Source: a virus | Lineage: Duplodnaviria > Caudoviricetes | Length of the DNA stretch: 26,867 bases | IMG/VR virus record: IMGVR_UViG_3300037991_001301 | Span: 1 to 26,867 of that record | Reading direction: 5' to 3' (one strand) | Part shown: positions 14,137 to 23,862 of the stretch, in pieces | How the letters are laid out: every line of letters begins with the position of its first letter | Position numbering within the stretch: the first letter of the stretch is position 1 | Notes under the pieces: model-generated | Database searches by the model: none | Told to the model about the DNA's origin: nothing | Seen by the model: the letters and a program-made list of their open reading frames with translations, nothing else | Position numbers and translations under genes: made by a program

Positions 14137-15972
14137 CTAGTAATCCCATTCTATATCTTTGTTATGAAATACCTCTAACACGGCATTTCTCCTAATCAAT
14201 GTCATTGGCGACATATCGACTTCGCTAGAGTTAGACTTGACCACTCCCGCATTGACAACCCTAGTCCTATCAAAATCTAAACCTTCTTCCGCACAGATAT
14301 TCTCTACGGTGTTTTCATCTGCTAAACCTATGGCTATCGCTAAACGCATACCGTCAACCAACGAACTTGATCCACGGATACTTGCTCTTAAATTCATAAT
14401 ATCTTCTTGCATATTCAGGGCAGTTTTAGCCATGTGATGCAAAGATAAAACGCTTGCATTAAATTTAGATGCAATGCTTGAACAAAACTGACAATACAGT
14501 TGAGCAGCTTCTTGGCTTGTTGTAATAGGTGCAGCCACGAATGATTGCACAGGATCAATCACAACCAAAGATAAATCCTTGATGGTAGAGATTTCATCAA
14601 TCAATTCATGTGCTTCGGGTGTTAAATCTAAACCTCTGCTGTCATCTTTAAGTAAAATTAAAGGCTTTTCTGCATCTGGAACGGTGTAAACATAAGTGTC
14701 GTATTCAGTTTCATAACGCTTTTCATCGGGATCAAGAGCCTTAATCCTTCTAAATACTTCGTTTCTATCGTCCTCTGCACATAAAACTAATGTGTTCCCT
14801 GGACTTTTAATAGGCTTATCCAACCAAGTACCATGACCTTGACTGACTTTCATTGCCAAATCTAAGGCCAACATACTCTTACCAATACCACCTATGCTTG
14901 CAAGTATGCTTGGCTTGGATCGTTCTAATAAACCTTCAACCAACCAAGACTTTGGCGGTGGATCACCCACAAACTGTCTAATTGAGAAGTTTCTGATACC
15001 AATTCCAAGATTACTAATCTCTAACTTAACTGCATCTAAGCCTTGTTCTTGTGCTAGATCATTAAAATCACCTTCGATAGACGGTATCCTAATAAAACAA
15101 TTAAAGAATCTGGAACAGATATCCTCTGCCTTTTTTCTACCCAGATTAGTTTTATCGTTATCAAACGCTAAATAAATTCTTGCATCAGTCTTATCTCTTA
15201 ACTTTTTGACCGCATCATAACCAAAGTTAGCTGAGAACACGCACGCAACGGGCAACCCTGTCGCCTCATAAACGCTTGCACCTGTCGCCATACCTTCGAC
15301 CACAACCAACGAATCAATCTTCTCTAATGATTTAAAGTCTGTGCCGATTAAAAATAGATTACCTTTAACTTCTCCAGCAGAAACGAAACGCTTTTGACCG
15401 TCCTCTTGTATGTATTGCAACGACCTAAGATCGCCCTGTGTGTTATAAATAGGAACAACTAATGCTTTATTGTGTAGCTTTAGAGAATAACTTTTGATCT
15501 GTTTAGATTCCAGATAAGGATGCTTGATAACCTCTGAATAAGATTGAAACCTTTGCTCACAATCTTTTGCAACTTCCTCATATCTGGTTAGTTTTTCTTG
15601 CCTTGCCTCTTCTTGGGCTTGTTTTATTTTGGCTTGTAAATCCTGTCTTTGATCTGGTGTAAGTTTGTTGACCGCAACTGAACTCCATTTAAACTCCGTC
15701 CCCGTTCTCCAATTTCCGTAATTTGCGAATATGTGATTATCGACAACATTAATAACATACCAACCCGATTTTTCATTGCCTTTGTCTGGTCTAACTCCTG
15801 AAGTAGCTGCAACGGAAACTCGAACTAAGTCCCCTGTTGTGTTTAAGAAACCGACATTTAAACCTATCGCTTGCATTTCTGCAATAAGGTCTTGTTCATT
15901 TCCTCTGTTTTTTTCTAAATAATTATTGTCTTTGACTAATCCGTATCGTTCTTTATATTTCTTGAGATCCAT
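14137..15972 (-). CDS. Bifunctional DNA primase (TOPRIM) / RepA-like AAA_25 helicase
   Basis: TraC/P4-like primase motifs SGWY, LVVPIY, SLQYI, VVVEGMATG, AFDND and GDFNDL; C-terminal Walker A SIGGIGKS, AED, VVIDP, LHH-x-x-K and RGSS. Confidence 0.9.
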   Translation of the reverse strand: MDLKKYKERYGLVKDNNYLEKNRGNEQDLIAEMQAIGLNVGFLNTTGDLVRVSVAATSGVRPDKGNEKSGWYVINVVDNHIFANYGNWRTGTEFKWSSVAVNKLTPDQRQDLQAKIKQAQEEARQEKLTRYEEVAKDCEQRFQSYSEVIKHPYLESKQIKSYSLKLHNKALVVPIYNTQGDLRSLQYIQEDGQKRFVSAGEVKGNLFLIGTDFKSLEKIDSLVVVEGMATGASVYEATGLPVACVFSANFGYDAVKKLRDKTDARIYLAFDNDKTNLGRKKAEDICSRFFNCFIRIPSIEGDFNDLAQEQGLDAVKLEISNLGIGIRNFSIRQFVGDPPPKSWLVEGLLERSKPSILASIGGIGKSMLALDLAMKVSQGHGTWLDKPIKSPGNTLVLCAEDDRNEVFRRIKALDPDEKRYETEYDTYVYTVPDAEKPLILLKDDSRGLDLTPEAHELIDEISTIKDLSLVVIDPVQSFVAAPITTSQEAAQLYCQFCSSIASKFNASVLSLHHMAKTALNMQEDIMNLRASIRGSSSLVDGMRLAIAIGLADENTVENICAEEGLDFDRTRVVNAGVVKSNSSEVDMSPMTLIRRNAVLEVFHNKDIEWDY

Positions 15973-16327
15973 CTACCCCGTTCCTTGCTTGCTCATTTGC
16001 ATAATTAAGATACTCACGAATTATCTTATTAAAAAAATTCATGCGATCTTCCTCTGTCCAATCACGCAACGCCCAGCTTTTATTATCTTTAGATATTTCT
16101 ATATACCTATCCTTTGATTGTGCTTTTGCATACGCAACACCCTTCTCTGAAACTTGAGCAATATTTTTTAATTTATTACCTTTAGCTATTTCTTTTTGAT
16201 GTTCCACGCAACAAGCTCCGTACCATTTATCCTCAAACTTTGTAAGTAGGCCGCCTACGGGGTTAAAACAATAACCACATAGGGAAGGCCTATCTACACT
16301 TAAAAAATTAAAATGGGATGTTTTCAT
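15953..16327 (-). CDS. Hypothetical protein with Cys/His motif (CGYC...ACC-x-x-H)
   Basis: 124-aa ORF overlapping the primase start; possible Zn-binding site. Confidence 0.65.
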   Translation of the reverse strand: MKTSHFNFLSVDRPSLCGYCFNPVGGLLTKFEDKWYGACCVEHQKEIAKGNKLKNIAQVSEKGVAYAKAQSKDRYIEISKDNKSWALRDWTEEDRMNFFNKIIREYLNYANEQARNGVDGSQEI

Positions 16328-16769
16328 CGCCTGACTCTTTAGTTTCAGGTTCAGATTTCTTTTCCGATTTTACAGGCTTAGATTTAGGTTCTAGCCAACC
16401 TTTGCCCTTACCGTCATCAATAGCTGGATAACCCTTGTCATCAATAATGACATTGGCTCTTACTTTTGATCCCACTAAATCGCTACTGTCATCGGGCAAA
16501 CCGTCTGGAAACCCACAAACTTTTGCGAGTTTATCAAGCGATTGTAAACCGATCTCAATAGCTGAAGTGCTTGTTGAATGGTCAACGGTAAAAGTATGAC
16601 CAACCAAGAAGTTAGGTTTATCAACTACTCTAAATAAAACCTTTAGAGCAACCCAACCATTTCTACCTGTGATCTCTTCGTCCTGTGTGTATTCTAAGTC
16701 ATACACACCTGGCTCAAGAGTTTCTAGGCTTGATTCGTCAACTTGCGATTTATATTTACTTAAATCCAT
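16308..16769 (-). CDS. Putative single-stranded DNA-binding protein (DUF669-like)
   Basis: L-x-PG-x-Y N-terminus, beta-rich core, SSB-like acidic C-terminal tail DENIPF; position next to the Sak4-like ATPase. Confidence 0.7.
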   Translation of the reverse strand: MDLSKYKSQVDESSLETLEPGVYDLEYTQDEEITGRNGWVALKVLFRVVDKPNFLVGHTFTVDHSTSTSAIEIGLQSLDKLAKVCGFPDGLPDDSSDLVGSKVRANVIIDDKGYPAIDDGKGKGWLEPKSKPVKSEKKSEPETKESGDENIPF

Positions 16770-16778
16770 TTTTTACTC

Positions 16779-16979
16779 CTATCCTGGATCATAACTGTGG
16801 TAATCATTAAGGTACTTAATGAGATCCTTGCAGTCTTGGTTAATAGCAATGAGATGATGAAGTCCATCTATCGGTAAATCATTATTATCAGGGTTTATAG
16901 TGTCTATAAGTGTAGATAATAATACATCTATCGTTGTCAAAGCACTTTTGCTTCTAGTGACATCATCAACTCTACTCAT
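16779..16979 (-). CDS. Hypothetical protein
   Basis: 66-aa ORF in the operon. Confidence 0.7.
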   Translation of the reverse strand: MSRVDDVTRSKSALTTIDVLLSTLIDTINPDNNDLPIDGLHHLIAINQDCKDLIKYLNDYHSYDPG

Positions 16980-17748
16980 CTTTACCGCCTATCATGGCTG
17001 ATCGAATCTCTTTCCAATCAAACGGTAAAGTATCTGGAAGTGCATATCTATTCTTCGCAAGAAACGCAGGTTTCTCACGACAATAGGCTATAACATCTCC
17101 AGCTACGGCTTTTGTTGTCATCGTGCCGCCTTTACCTTGGACTTTAACAGTACCAAGTTTATAGTTAGCAAAAAAACAACAATCGCTGTGTTCTAAAATT
17201 AAATCCGCAGCTTTACGGTGCAATTTTAACTCATGGCGATCAAATGCTTCGATCTCAGGCGATTCAAACCTTTTGATTTGATTATGAGCAATCTGCAAAA
17301 TTATCATGCCTTTTTCCTCTCGAAGAGTATTAAGTAAATCTATGTAAACTCTCCAATATTTAAGGACTTCAACATAACCTTTACCATAACCAGGTTGCTC
17401 AATGGATTTCCAACCATTATCTTGACAGGCTTTATCCCAAATCATTGGTTCTAACCAATCAAGCGAATCTATAACAACGGTTTTGTAATCGTGATCTTCC
17501 TCAATCAACGCTTTAAGTCTTTGCAACACACCAAGATTTCTATCTTCATCGTGTTCCTTTTCTTTATCCCAAGCTGGACATAGAGGAAACTGTGATGCTT
17601 CAATCTTACCCATACCATCTTCTGTAAGTATGAAGATAGGTTTTGGCATTGATGCACCAAAAGTTGTTTTACCAATACCAGCACCACCATAGACAACAAG
17701 TCTTGGCGGTTTCTGTTTCGATTTGGTTCTAATATCAGCTAGGCTCAT
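16972..17748 (-). CDS. Sak4-like / AAA_24 P-loop ATPase (recombination)
   Basis: VYGGAGIGKTTF Walker A, TEDG, TVVIDSLDWLE Walker B, GYGKGY, IAH and AKNRY. Confidence 0.85.
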   Translation of the reverse strand: MSLADIRTKSKQKPPRLVVYGGAGIGKTTFGASMPKPIFILTEDGMGKIEASQFPLCPAWDKEKEHDEDRNLGVLQRLKALIEEDHDYKTVVIDSLDWLEPMIWDKACQDNGWKSIEQPGYGKGYVEVLKYWRVYIDLLNTLREEKGMIILQIAHNQIKRFESPEIEAFDRHELKLHRKAADLILEHSDCCFFANYKLGTVKVQGKGGTMTTKAVAGDVIAYCREKPAFLAKNRYALPDTLPFDWKEIRSAMIGGKDE

Positions 17749-18029
17749 TTGACCACCTTAACCTTTTTATCATCACCTTCTAAGGCATCATCTAGTTGTT
17801 TCGCAAGATTGTTTGAATCTCTCTCAAGACTTCTTAAATCCTGTGTTAAGTGTATTGCCTGTTGATACAATTCAGAATTCATCTTGTACTGTATTGAACG
17901 ATTTACACTTGATAACTCGTTCGCCAAAGGCATGGTTTTTTCATCTAAATCAGATTCAAAAACCTCTCTTTTAGAACCATCTTCTCTATTAATAGTGAAT
18001 AACGGCTCTTTTTTATTATTATCGGACAT
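17745..18029 (-). CDS. Hypothetical coiled-coil protein
   Basis: 94-aa ORF coupled at both ends; GGAG RBS. Confidence 0.75.
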   Translation of the reverse strand: MSDNNKKEPLFTINREDGSKREVFESDLDEKTMPLANELSSVNRSIQYKMNSELYQQAIHLTQDLRSLERDSNNLAKQLDDALEGDDKKVKVVK

Positions 18030-18766
18030 TATTTTTCTCCCATATTTATTTTATAAGTTTCACAAAGACTGCGCCCATTGCAGAATTTGCAATGATCCCC
18101 GAATACATATTCAGGGTTTTCCTCAAAACAGGCTTCCGCCCGTGGTTTTAAGAAATCGTATCCCCAATTCACAAGGTTTTCTGCTGTGGTTTCCCATGTC
18201 TTGACAGCCTTTTCCTTCTTAACGCCTCGTGGTTGGACTATTGTTAGTTCAATCTTGGTGTCTGTATCTCCGTATCTGGATAATGCACCAAGCCCATAAA
18301 TCATTAGCTGGTAATTATTTTCAGGTTTGACAGGCCATTTACCAGACTTTAAATCAATTACACATATCTTATCTTTAGCCAAGATAATCGCATCTGCTGT
18401 TCCCCAACAACTATCTGTTATTTCATCTATTGATACTTGTTCTTCAATCAATAGTTTCCCCTCAAGTTCTTTTGTTTTTGCTTGCACATATTCTGTATAA
18501 GTTCTGGCACAATCAATCATTTCTTGATCTATCTCAATCTCAAAATCTTCAACATTCTCTACCTTACCAAGCCAATAATCCTCTAAGGTTATGTCACCAT
18601 CTAGTCTATCCTTCATAATGATCTCACTTATTTGGTGAACCAATGTACCTGTGACGGCTGGAATAGATACCTGATAGGGTACTTGTGCAGCTAACTTAGG
18701 CATACCTGGACATCTCGTCCATTTGTCCGAAGCTGATGGTGATAATAAAGCGTGTTTACTAGGCAT
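18029..18766 (-). CDS. DUF2800-like PD-(D/E)XK (Cas4-like) exonuclease
   Basis: HALLSPS...W-x-x-CPG, GTLVH, IEE, GTAD, IDLKSG, QLMIYGLG, IVQPR and HCKFC...C. Confidence 0.85.
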   Translation of the reverse strand: MPSKHALLSPSASDKWTRCPGMPKLAAQVPYQVSIPAVTGTLVHQISEIIMKDRLDGDITLEDYWLGKVENVEDFEIEIDQEMIDCARTYTEYVQAKTKELEGKLLIEEQVSIDEITDSCWGTADAIILAKDKICVIDLKSGKWPVKPENNYQLMIYGLGALSRYGDTDTKIELTIVQPRGVKKEKAVKTWETTAENLVNWGYDFLKPRAEACFEENPEYVFGDHCKFCNGRSLCETYKINMGEK

Positions 18767-18971
18767 TGCTGGAAATGTAAGACTCTTTTTCGTAATTTAT
18801 AACATCATCAAGGTCATAGTAAATCTTGCCTGTAATCTTCCAATGATTAGGCCTCTCACCTTTGAGCCTTCTATTATCAATAGTTTTCTTAGTCACACCC
18901 CATCTTTTAGCGAGTGCTTCCGCATCTATCGTGTTTGTTATGTCAAAATCTTTTTGGTCTTTTATTTCCAT
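18759..18971 (-). CDS. Excisionase/MerR-like HTH DNA-binding protein
   Basis: IDAEALAKRWGVTKKTIDNRR-x-x-G-x-x-P...KI-x-GKIYY...DV-x-x-YE pattern. Confidence 0.8.
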   Translation of the reverse strand: MEIKDQKDFDITNTIDAEALAKRWGVTKKTIDNRRLKGERPNHWKITGKIYYDLDDVINYEKESYISSNA

Positions 18972-19059
18972 TGAATTCCCTTTTTTCGTAATTAATGCTT
19001 ATAATACATCAAGAATACCAATAATGGTATAAATTTATTAATTTAATATAGGAGATTAA
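18972..19059. promoter_or_regulatory. Divergent promoter region with operator-like palindrome
   Basis: AT-rich; ATACCA-ATAA-TGGTAT at 19015-19030 overlapping an extended -10-like TGGTATAAA; AGGAG RBS before 19060. Confidence 0.55.
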
Positions 19060-19398
19060 ATGTCTATTGATAATGCTACAAAAAGGGAATGGGATGAAGC
19101 CAGAAGGGGTGTAGAGTGGGATCAAGAGATTGACAGGTTGCCAATCAATAACCAAGTGGGTGGTAATCATTACAACCACTTGAAGATTCAACCTATTGAG
19201 TATGCTTACGCAAACAATCTAAGCCCATGTCTTACAGATGTTGTGCAATACATAACCAGAAGTAAGGGTGAAGAAAAAGATAGAATTAGGGATCTTATGA
19301 AAGCTAAACATTCTATCGATCTTGAATTACAGTTAGTTTATGGCTGTGATAAAGATGGCAATAGGATTGGTAAGTACACCAAGGAAATCTCCATATAG
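19060..19398 (+). CDS. DUF3310 family protein (T7 gp1.7 nucleotide-kinase-like / SaV-like)
   Basis: QVGGNHY...IQPIEY...VVQYITR...DLMKA motif. Confidence 0.8.
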   Translation: MSIDNATKREWDEARRGVEWDQEIDRLPINNQVGGNHYNHLKIQPIEYAYANNLSPCLTDVVQYITRSKGEEKDRIRDLMKAKHSIDLELQLVYGCDKDGNRIGKYTKEISI

Positions 19399-19406
19399 GA
19401 GTAATT

Positions 19407-19625
19407 ATGAGCAACTTTTTTGACTTTGACGATAGCATCGAAAATGAAAGAAAGAACGGGCAAGCTCTGTATTTAAACAAGTATCTTGTTCATTCTTTGA
19501 AAGACTTTGCTAAGTCAACCAAGAAAGATCCTCGTGTGTTGGCGGAGTATTTTTTATCTCTAGGGATAAACTCCGCTAAACATTATGAAGATCAAAAGAT
19601 TAGATTTGATATTAAAAATTTATAA
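19407..19625 (+). CDS. Small hypothetical protein, possibly ribbon-helix-helix-like
   Basis: 72 aa, AGGAG RBS; strand-helix-helix pattern ALYLNKYLVHSLKDFAK...PRVLAEYFL. Confidence 0.6.
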   Translation: MSNFFDFDDSIENERKNGQALYLNKYLVHSLKDFAKSTKKDPRVLAEYFLSLGINSAKHYEDQKIRFDIKNL

Positions 19626-20021
19626 TTAAATATTATCTAATATATCGTTGAGGTTCTTTACAGAATCGTTGTTCTTCATGTGTTCATCGGCTATGGTTAT
19701 CTGGTTCTGATCCATAGGTTTTATAAAAACTACATTTCTATATTTAAGACTGACCAAAGCAAAGATATCTACGGCTTGTTTTTGATATTCTCTATCTTTA
19801 CTATGCGATCCTCTCCGCATATCAAACCGCCAATTAACTCTGCCTGTATTAATCTTAGATGAAGTTTTAACTTGGACTTTGTAAAGTTTATTACTGTGTT
19901 CAAAGACTATGTCTGCTTCTGAACCATGAGGAACAATAAGTACTGTATCGGAAACTAGAGAGAGGAGTGCTGCTGTGAGATATTCACCTGATCGACCAAC
20001 TCGTTCCGTGGCCCTTGGCAT
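19626..20021 (-). CDS. PD-(D/E)XK endonuclease (group I intron / homing-endonuclease-like family)
   Basis: G-x-x-GE, ADIV, KVQVKT and Y...DIFALV motifs. Confidence 0.75.
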   Translation of the reverse strand: MPRATERVGRSGEYLTAALLSLVSDTVLIVPHGSEADIVFEHSNKLYKVQVKTSSKINTGRVNWRFDMRRGSHSKDREYQKQAVDIFALVSLKYRNVVFIKPMDQNQITIADEHMKNNDSVKNLNDILDNI

Positions 20022-20024
20022 GGT

Positions 20025-22400
20025 TTATTGGGTAGGTATTTGTACTTCGCCAGATAATGCTTGTTCTAAATTTAAACCTTGTTGTTGTTGTTGAATAAAA
20101 TTTTCTCTGTTTCTCTCTTCTTCTGTTTTAAGATTATTAGTTACATATAAAATTCTTCTAACTAATTTATATGCGTCATCTGATGCGGGATTAGTTTTGC
20201 CTAACTGCTCCATTAACTCTATAGAATTTTTATCAGTAAAAATTTTAGCAAGATCATCTATGGTTTTATTTTTAACAAATCTTTCTGCTTTAGCAGCAAA
20301 TTTGACATGCCACATAAAAGAACCTATTTGTGCAGCATCTCTGACTATAAATTGTTCAGACGGTGCTGCTTTTGGGTTATCAACATTAGCAATCCTTGCT
20401 GTTCTAGCTAAAATATTATTAAAATTCTTAAAGCCTTTAATAAATTCATTTGGGTTTTTACCTTGAGCTTCTGCAACACCTCTTAATATTATTTCTAAAT
20501 TTTTTTGTTGGTTGTCAGTTCCAGCTAAAAATTTACTTAAATTAAAACCAGAGGCTAATGACTTTCCTTCTTTAGTAAGGTTAGTAAGTTTTTTATCAAC
20601 TGCGATTGATAAGTAACTTCTTACAAGTTTTGGAAAAGCTGTTGGATCAGTTTCATTTAAAATTTTGTAAGTTTTTATTATGTCGTTAGCGTTATTTTTA
20701 TCTTGATTAAAAATAAAGTTTTTAATTGTGTTTGGTGTAATATTATTTTTTGCTAACGGTGCAACATTTTTTATTATTGGATCAACTAACTCGTCTGAAT
20801 ATTTTATAAATATGTCTTTAGCTTGAGAATAATTAGCGTTAGTTCTTAAAATATCATCTAATTGATTTAATACTCCATCACCACCATCGCTTGTAAATAA
20901 TCTTCTAGCATTTTTATCAATAAAATTTCTCTCGGTTGCAATATTTGCTTTTGAGTCAACAACCATATCTGAAAACCTTTTTAACACATTGTCTAATTTA
21001 TTTATTTGCGTTTCATAAATAATAATTTCTTTTCTTGGGATTTCTTCTCCAAGATCATCTAAAATTTTTGGTTGATCTTCTCCTTTGACTCTTCTTCTTA
21101 TAAGGCTTTCTTTTAAATTTTTTAATTTAAGAATTGTAGGATCTTTTCTATCTAGTCCTAAAATTGTTTGATCTATGTCATCAACCAATCTTTGAATTTG
21201 TACTGTTTCAACATGCTCGGTGTCTGCAACATTATAAAATTTTTGTGCTTTTTGGTTTCTTATTTTTCTTGCATTTTTTATAGATTTCTCTGCAACCTCT
21301 GCTATCTCGTCAAATGTACCTCTTAATGATTGAGGATTCTTTATTATTTGATCCAAAAGATCAGCTGCTACTTGTTCAACCCTTTCAGGTCTATTTTTGA
21401 TTGCATTAAATAGAACTGTACTACCTTTGTCAGTACCATAAACAAGCGTTCCTAAAGAGCGAATTAAGCCATTATCAATCAATTCGGTAGCAGTAATAGG
21501 AATATCTAATTCTTTTGCTTGCTTTTGTAATTCTTTTGCCAAAGCCAACTCTTCGTCTGAAACACCCTTCATTGCTTCTCTAATAGCTCTATCTGCCCTT
21601 GATGGAGCGGTAGCAAAAGCTGTTGCGCCACCAGCTAAGATAGATAAAGGTATGCTTAATGCTGGGGAATCTTCAAAAGTATAAGCTGGAACTGCTGCTG
21701 CACCACCTATTGCAGAGGTTCTTTTTAATCTATCCATTACACCCTTTTTACCAAATTGCAAAAATGGCAAACCAGGCCCAATAAATTCACCTGAAACTTT
21801 AGAGAAATCGCCAAAAGGTGTTATTGGATCATACTGTGTAACTGCTTTTGCGCCTGGTACTTGTTCAAGCAAACCAATAAGTTGCTGACCTGAAGGCGGA
21901 GTTCCGTCTAAATTTCCAAACAAATACTTATTTGCGGGTTGAAATGGAGAACCAGGAATAACATTTCCTAGTTTTTTTACAAGATCTAAATAGCTTCTTG
22001 TTTTTTGACCAGCTTTAGGTTGTTCTGGCGTTGGTTCTGGAATCATTGATTCTATACCCTGTTGAATTGTACCAGGCAACCCAGCAAGCTCTAATGTGCC
22101 TAGGGTAGCACCTTTTAGAAAAGATCTTGGAATATCAGCAGCAAGGCTAGCACCAGTTTTTAGCCTATCTGCAAAAGAAGGTTTAGGTTGTTCTTCCCTT
22201 GATGTTTGTATGACTTCATCTAATTTTTGTAAATCAATTTCTTCTTGTTTTAAATTAGATAATTCTTCTCTAAGAGTTTTTACTTTTATTCCAATATCTC
22301 TTGCTCTGTCTAAATCACCAGCATTGTAAGCCTCTTTTAATTGTGGCTCTAAAATACTTAAACCCTTTTCAATTCTTGTAATTTGATTTTTATTAGACAT
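20025..22400 (-). CDS. Large internal virion / DNA ejection protein
   Basis: 791 aa, largely helical with a Gly/Ala-rich hydrophobic patch (AIGGAAAVP...ILAGGATAFA); last of three genes after the tail module, as in podoviruses. Confidence 0.65.
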   Translation of the reverse strand: MSNKNQITRIEKGLSILEPQLKEAYNAGDLDRARDIGIKVKTLREELSNLKQEEIDLQKLDEVIQTSREEQPKPSFADRLKTGASLAADIPRSFLKGATLGTLELAGLPGTIQQGIESMIPEPTPEQPKAGQKTRSYLDLVKKLGNVIPGSPFQPANKYLFGNLDGTPPSGQQLIGLLEQVPGAKAVTQYDPITPFGDFSKVSGEFIGPGLPFLQFGKKGVMDRLKRTSAIGGAAAVPAYTFEDSPALSIPLSILAGGATAFATAPSRADRAIREAMKGVSDEELALAKELQKQAKELDIPITATELIDNGLIRSLGTLVYGTDKGSTVLFNAIKNRPERVEQVAADLLDQIIKNPQSLRGTFDEIAEVAEKSIKNARKIRNQKAQKFYNVADTEHVETVQIQRLVDDIDQTILGLDRKDPTILKLKNLKESLIRRRVKGEDQPKILDDLGEEIPRKEIIIYETQINKLDNVLKRFSDMVVDSKANIATERNFIDKNARRLFTSDGGDGVLNQLDDILRTNANYSQAKDIFIKYSDELVDPIIKNVAPLAKNNITPNTIKNFIFNQDKNNANDIIKTYKILNETDPTAFPKLVRSYLSIAVDKKLTNLTKEGKSLASGFNLSKFLAGTDNQQKNLEIILRGVAEAQGKNPNEFIKGFKNFNNILARTARIANVDNPKAAPSEQFIVRDAAQIGSFMWHVKFAAKAERFVKNKTIDDLAKIFTDKNSIELMEQLGKTNPASDDAYKLVRRILYVTNNLKTEEERNRENFIQQQQQGLNLEQALSGEVQIPTQ

Positions 22401-23855
22401 TTATAGAAAAAGTTCTTTTAAGATTGCATCTACATCACTATCTCCCCCAGATGTAGTTGGTGAAAGACTTTGATTATTTCTCCAATCAACGCCATTTAAA
22501 AATTGCGGTATATCCTGATAACCAACTGCTTTATTTTTATCAATGTCTGTGGTGAGATTGTCAAAATTCATACCGTATCGATCGCTATATCTTGTTCTTG
22601 TTTCTTTAGATAAATTTTCAAGAACAGCGAGGTTTGCTTTCCAATTAGCTCCTAATTTTCCAATAATCTCCATAGCAATTCTTACATCGTTATCTGATAA
22701 TCTACCGCTAGGATCTATTTGTTTTGCAGTACCGTATGCTAATTTTAAAAATATGGATTTAGCTACTGCTCTATCTTCGCTAATTTTATCTAAAACAGCA
22801 CCGTACTCATTATCAAGCATTTTATCTAGCTTTGATTGATATTCCTGTGCTTCTTTTGGATTGTTTTTTGCAAAATTTTGAAAATTGACAAGCCTTTCAG
22901 CACTTAATACTTGATATCTGCCTGAGTTCACTAAATTAGCTAAACCACCTGCAAAGGTGTTGGCATCTTTATTGGTATATATAATTGTAGCTAAATCATT
23001 AATGGTATCTAATTGACCTTTTGCATCCAAATAAGATTCTTGCATTGCGCTAATTGTGCTTTGCACACCTTTTGGTGCAAAGGGTGGTTTTACACCTATT
23101 GTATATAAACCTCTACTAGCCATTTCATCGTAAATATCTGGATTCAATGCAATTTCTTCTGCCCTAAGTGTATCTACTTGCTTTCCTTCTGCATTAAAAA
23201 ATGGAACAGGATCAGCACCAAAAATTTCTACTGCTAAAAGAGCTAGTTCTGTTTGTTCAGGGCCAGTTAAATCTTTTGGATCTTTATTTTTAAGTTCTAA
23301 ATATCTGGCATTTTTTCTTTCAGATTCAGTACCACCGCTATCAGCACCGTAACTTGGAACAACAGATCCTAATTGTAAATCAGGATCTTTGTTAATCTCT
23401 GCAATAGCAGCCTGGTCATCTTTTAAAACAGTTCTAACCTGTTGACCATTTTTAAACACGCCAAACCTTTCAAAAGTATCTCGGTCAGATCCAAAAGACT
23501 TGCTTACTAATTCTATGCCTTTTTCTGGCGGTAAAATTTCTACAAGTGATTGTAGTCGTGGATCTAAAGTTTCTTTATTTTTAGCAACCCAATCTGTCCA
23601 CAATTTATTTTGTTTCTCTTGTTTTTCTTTAGCATCGCTAATTTCTTGCAAAGCCATTGTGTTTTGCACAAAGTTTTTATCACCCCTCAATGCACTACCC
23701 AAACCATAAAGCAAAAAACCAAGTTTTTTGTTTCTCTCACCTGTTCTTCTTTGCTGACCTCTTGGATCAACCATAGGTGTGCCAAATGTTCCTTGCTCTT
23801 GAACAAAAGGAGTTCCAGTATTAAATGGTTGCATGAATGGGTTTATCATTATCAA
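22401..23855 (-). CDS. Internal virion / DNA ejection protein
   Basis: 484 aa; N-terminal LGFLLYGLGSALRG amphipathic segment; GRLSDND motif; positional inference. GGAG spacing favours a start at 23849. Confidence 0.65.
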   Translation of the reverse strand: MIMINPFMQPFNTGTPFVQEQGTFGTPMVDPRGQQRRTGERNKKLGFLLYGLGSALRGDKNFVQNTMALQEISDAKEKQEKQNKLWTDWVAKNKETLDPRLQSLVEILPPEKGIELVSKSFGSDRDTFERFGVFKNGQQVRTVLKDDQAAIAEINKDPDLQLGSVVPSYGADSGGTESERKNARYLELKNKDPKDLTGPEQTELALLAVEIFGADPVPFFNAEGKQVDTLRAEEIALNPDIYDEMASRGLYTIGVKPPFAPKGVQSTISAMQESYLDAKGQLDTINDLATIIYTNKDANTFAGGLANLVNSGRYQVLSAERLVNFQNFAKNNPKEAQEYQSKLDKMLDNEYGAVLDKISEDRAVAKSIFLKLAYGTAKQIDPSGRLSDNDVRIAMEIIGKLGANWKANLAVLENLSKETRTRYSDRYGMNFDNLTTDIDKNKAVGYQDIPQFLNGVDWRNNQSLSPTTSGGDSDVDAILKELFL

Positions 23856-23862
23856 TCAACTC

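Noticed and set aside
18029-18766. Cas4 / CRISPR adaptation gene
   Set aside because: Cas4-like fold, but in the standard phage exonuclease-Sak4-SSB recombination context, with no cas1, cas2 or array.
18759-18971. Evidence for a temperate, integrating lifestyle from the Xis-like gene
   Set aside because: No integrase, CI-like repressor, att site or host genes in the window; this HTH type also occurs without integration.
23100-23480. Weak internal duplication in the 484-aa ejection protein (FKNGQQVRTV...EINKDPD vs FNAEGKQVDTL...EIALNPD)
   Set aside because: Similarity is too weak to support by eye without a profile-based repeat test.
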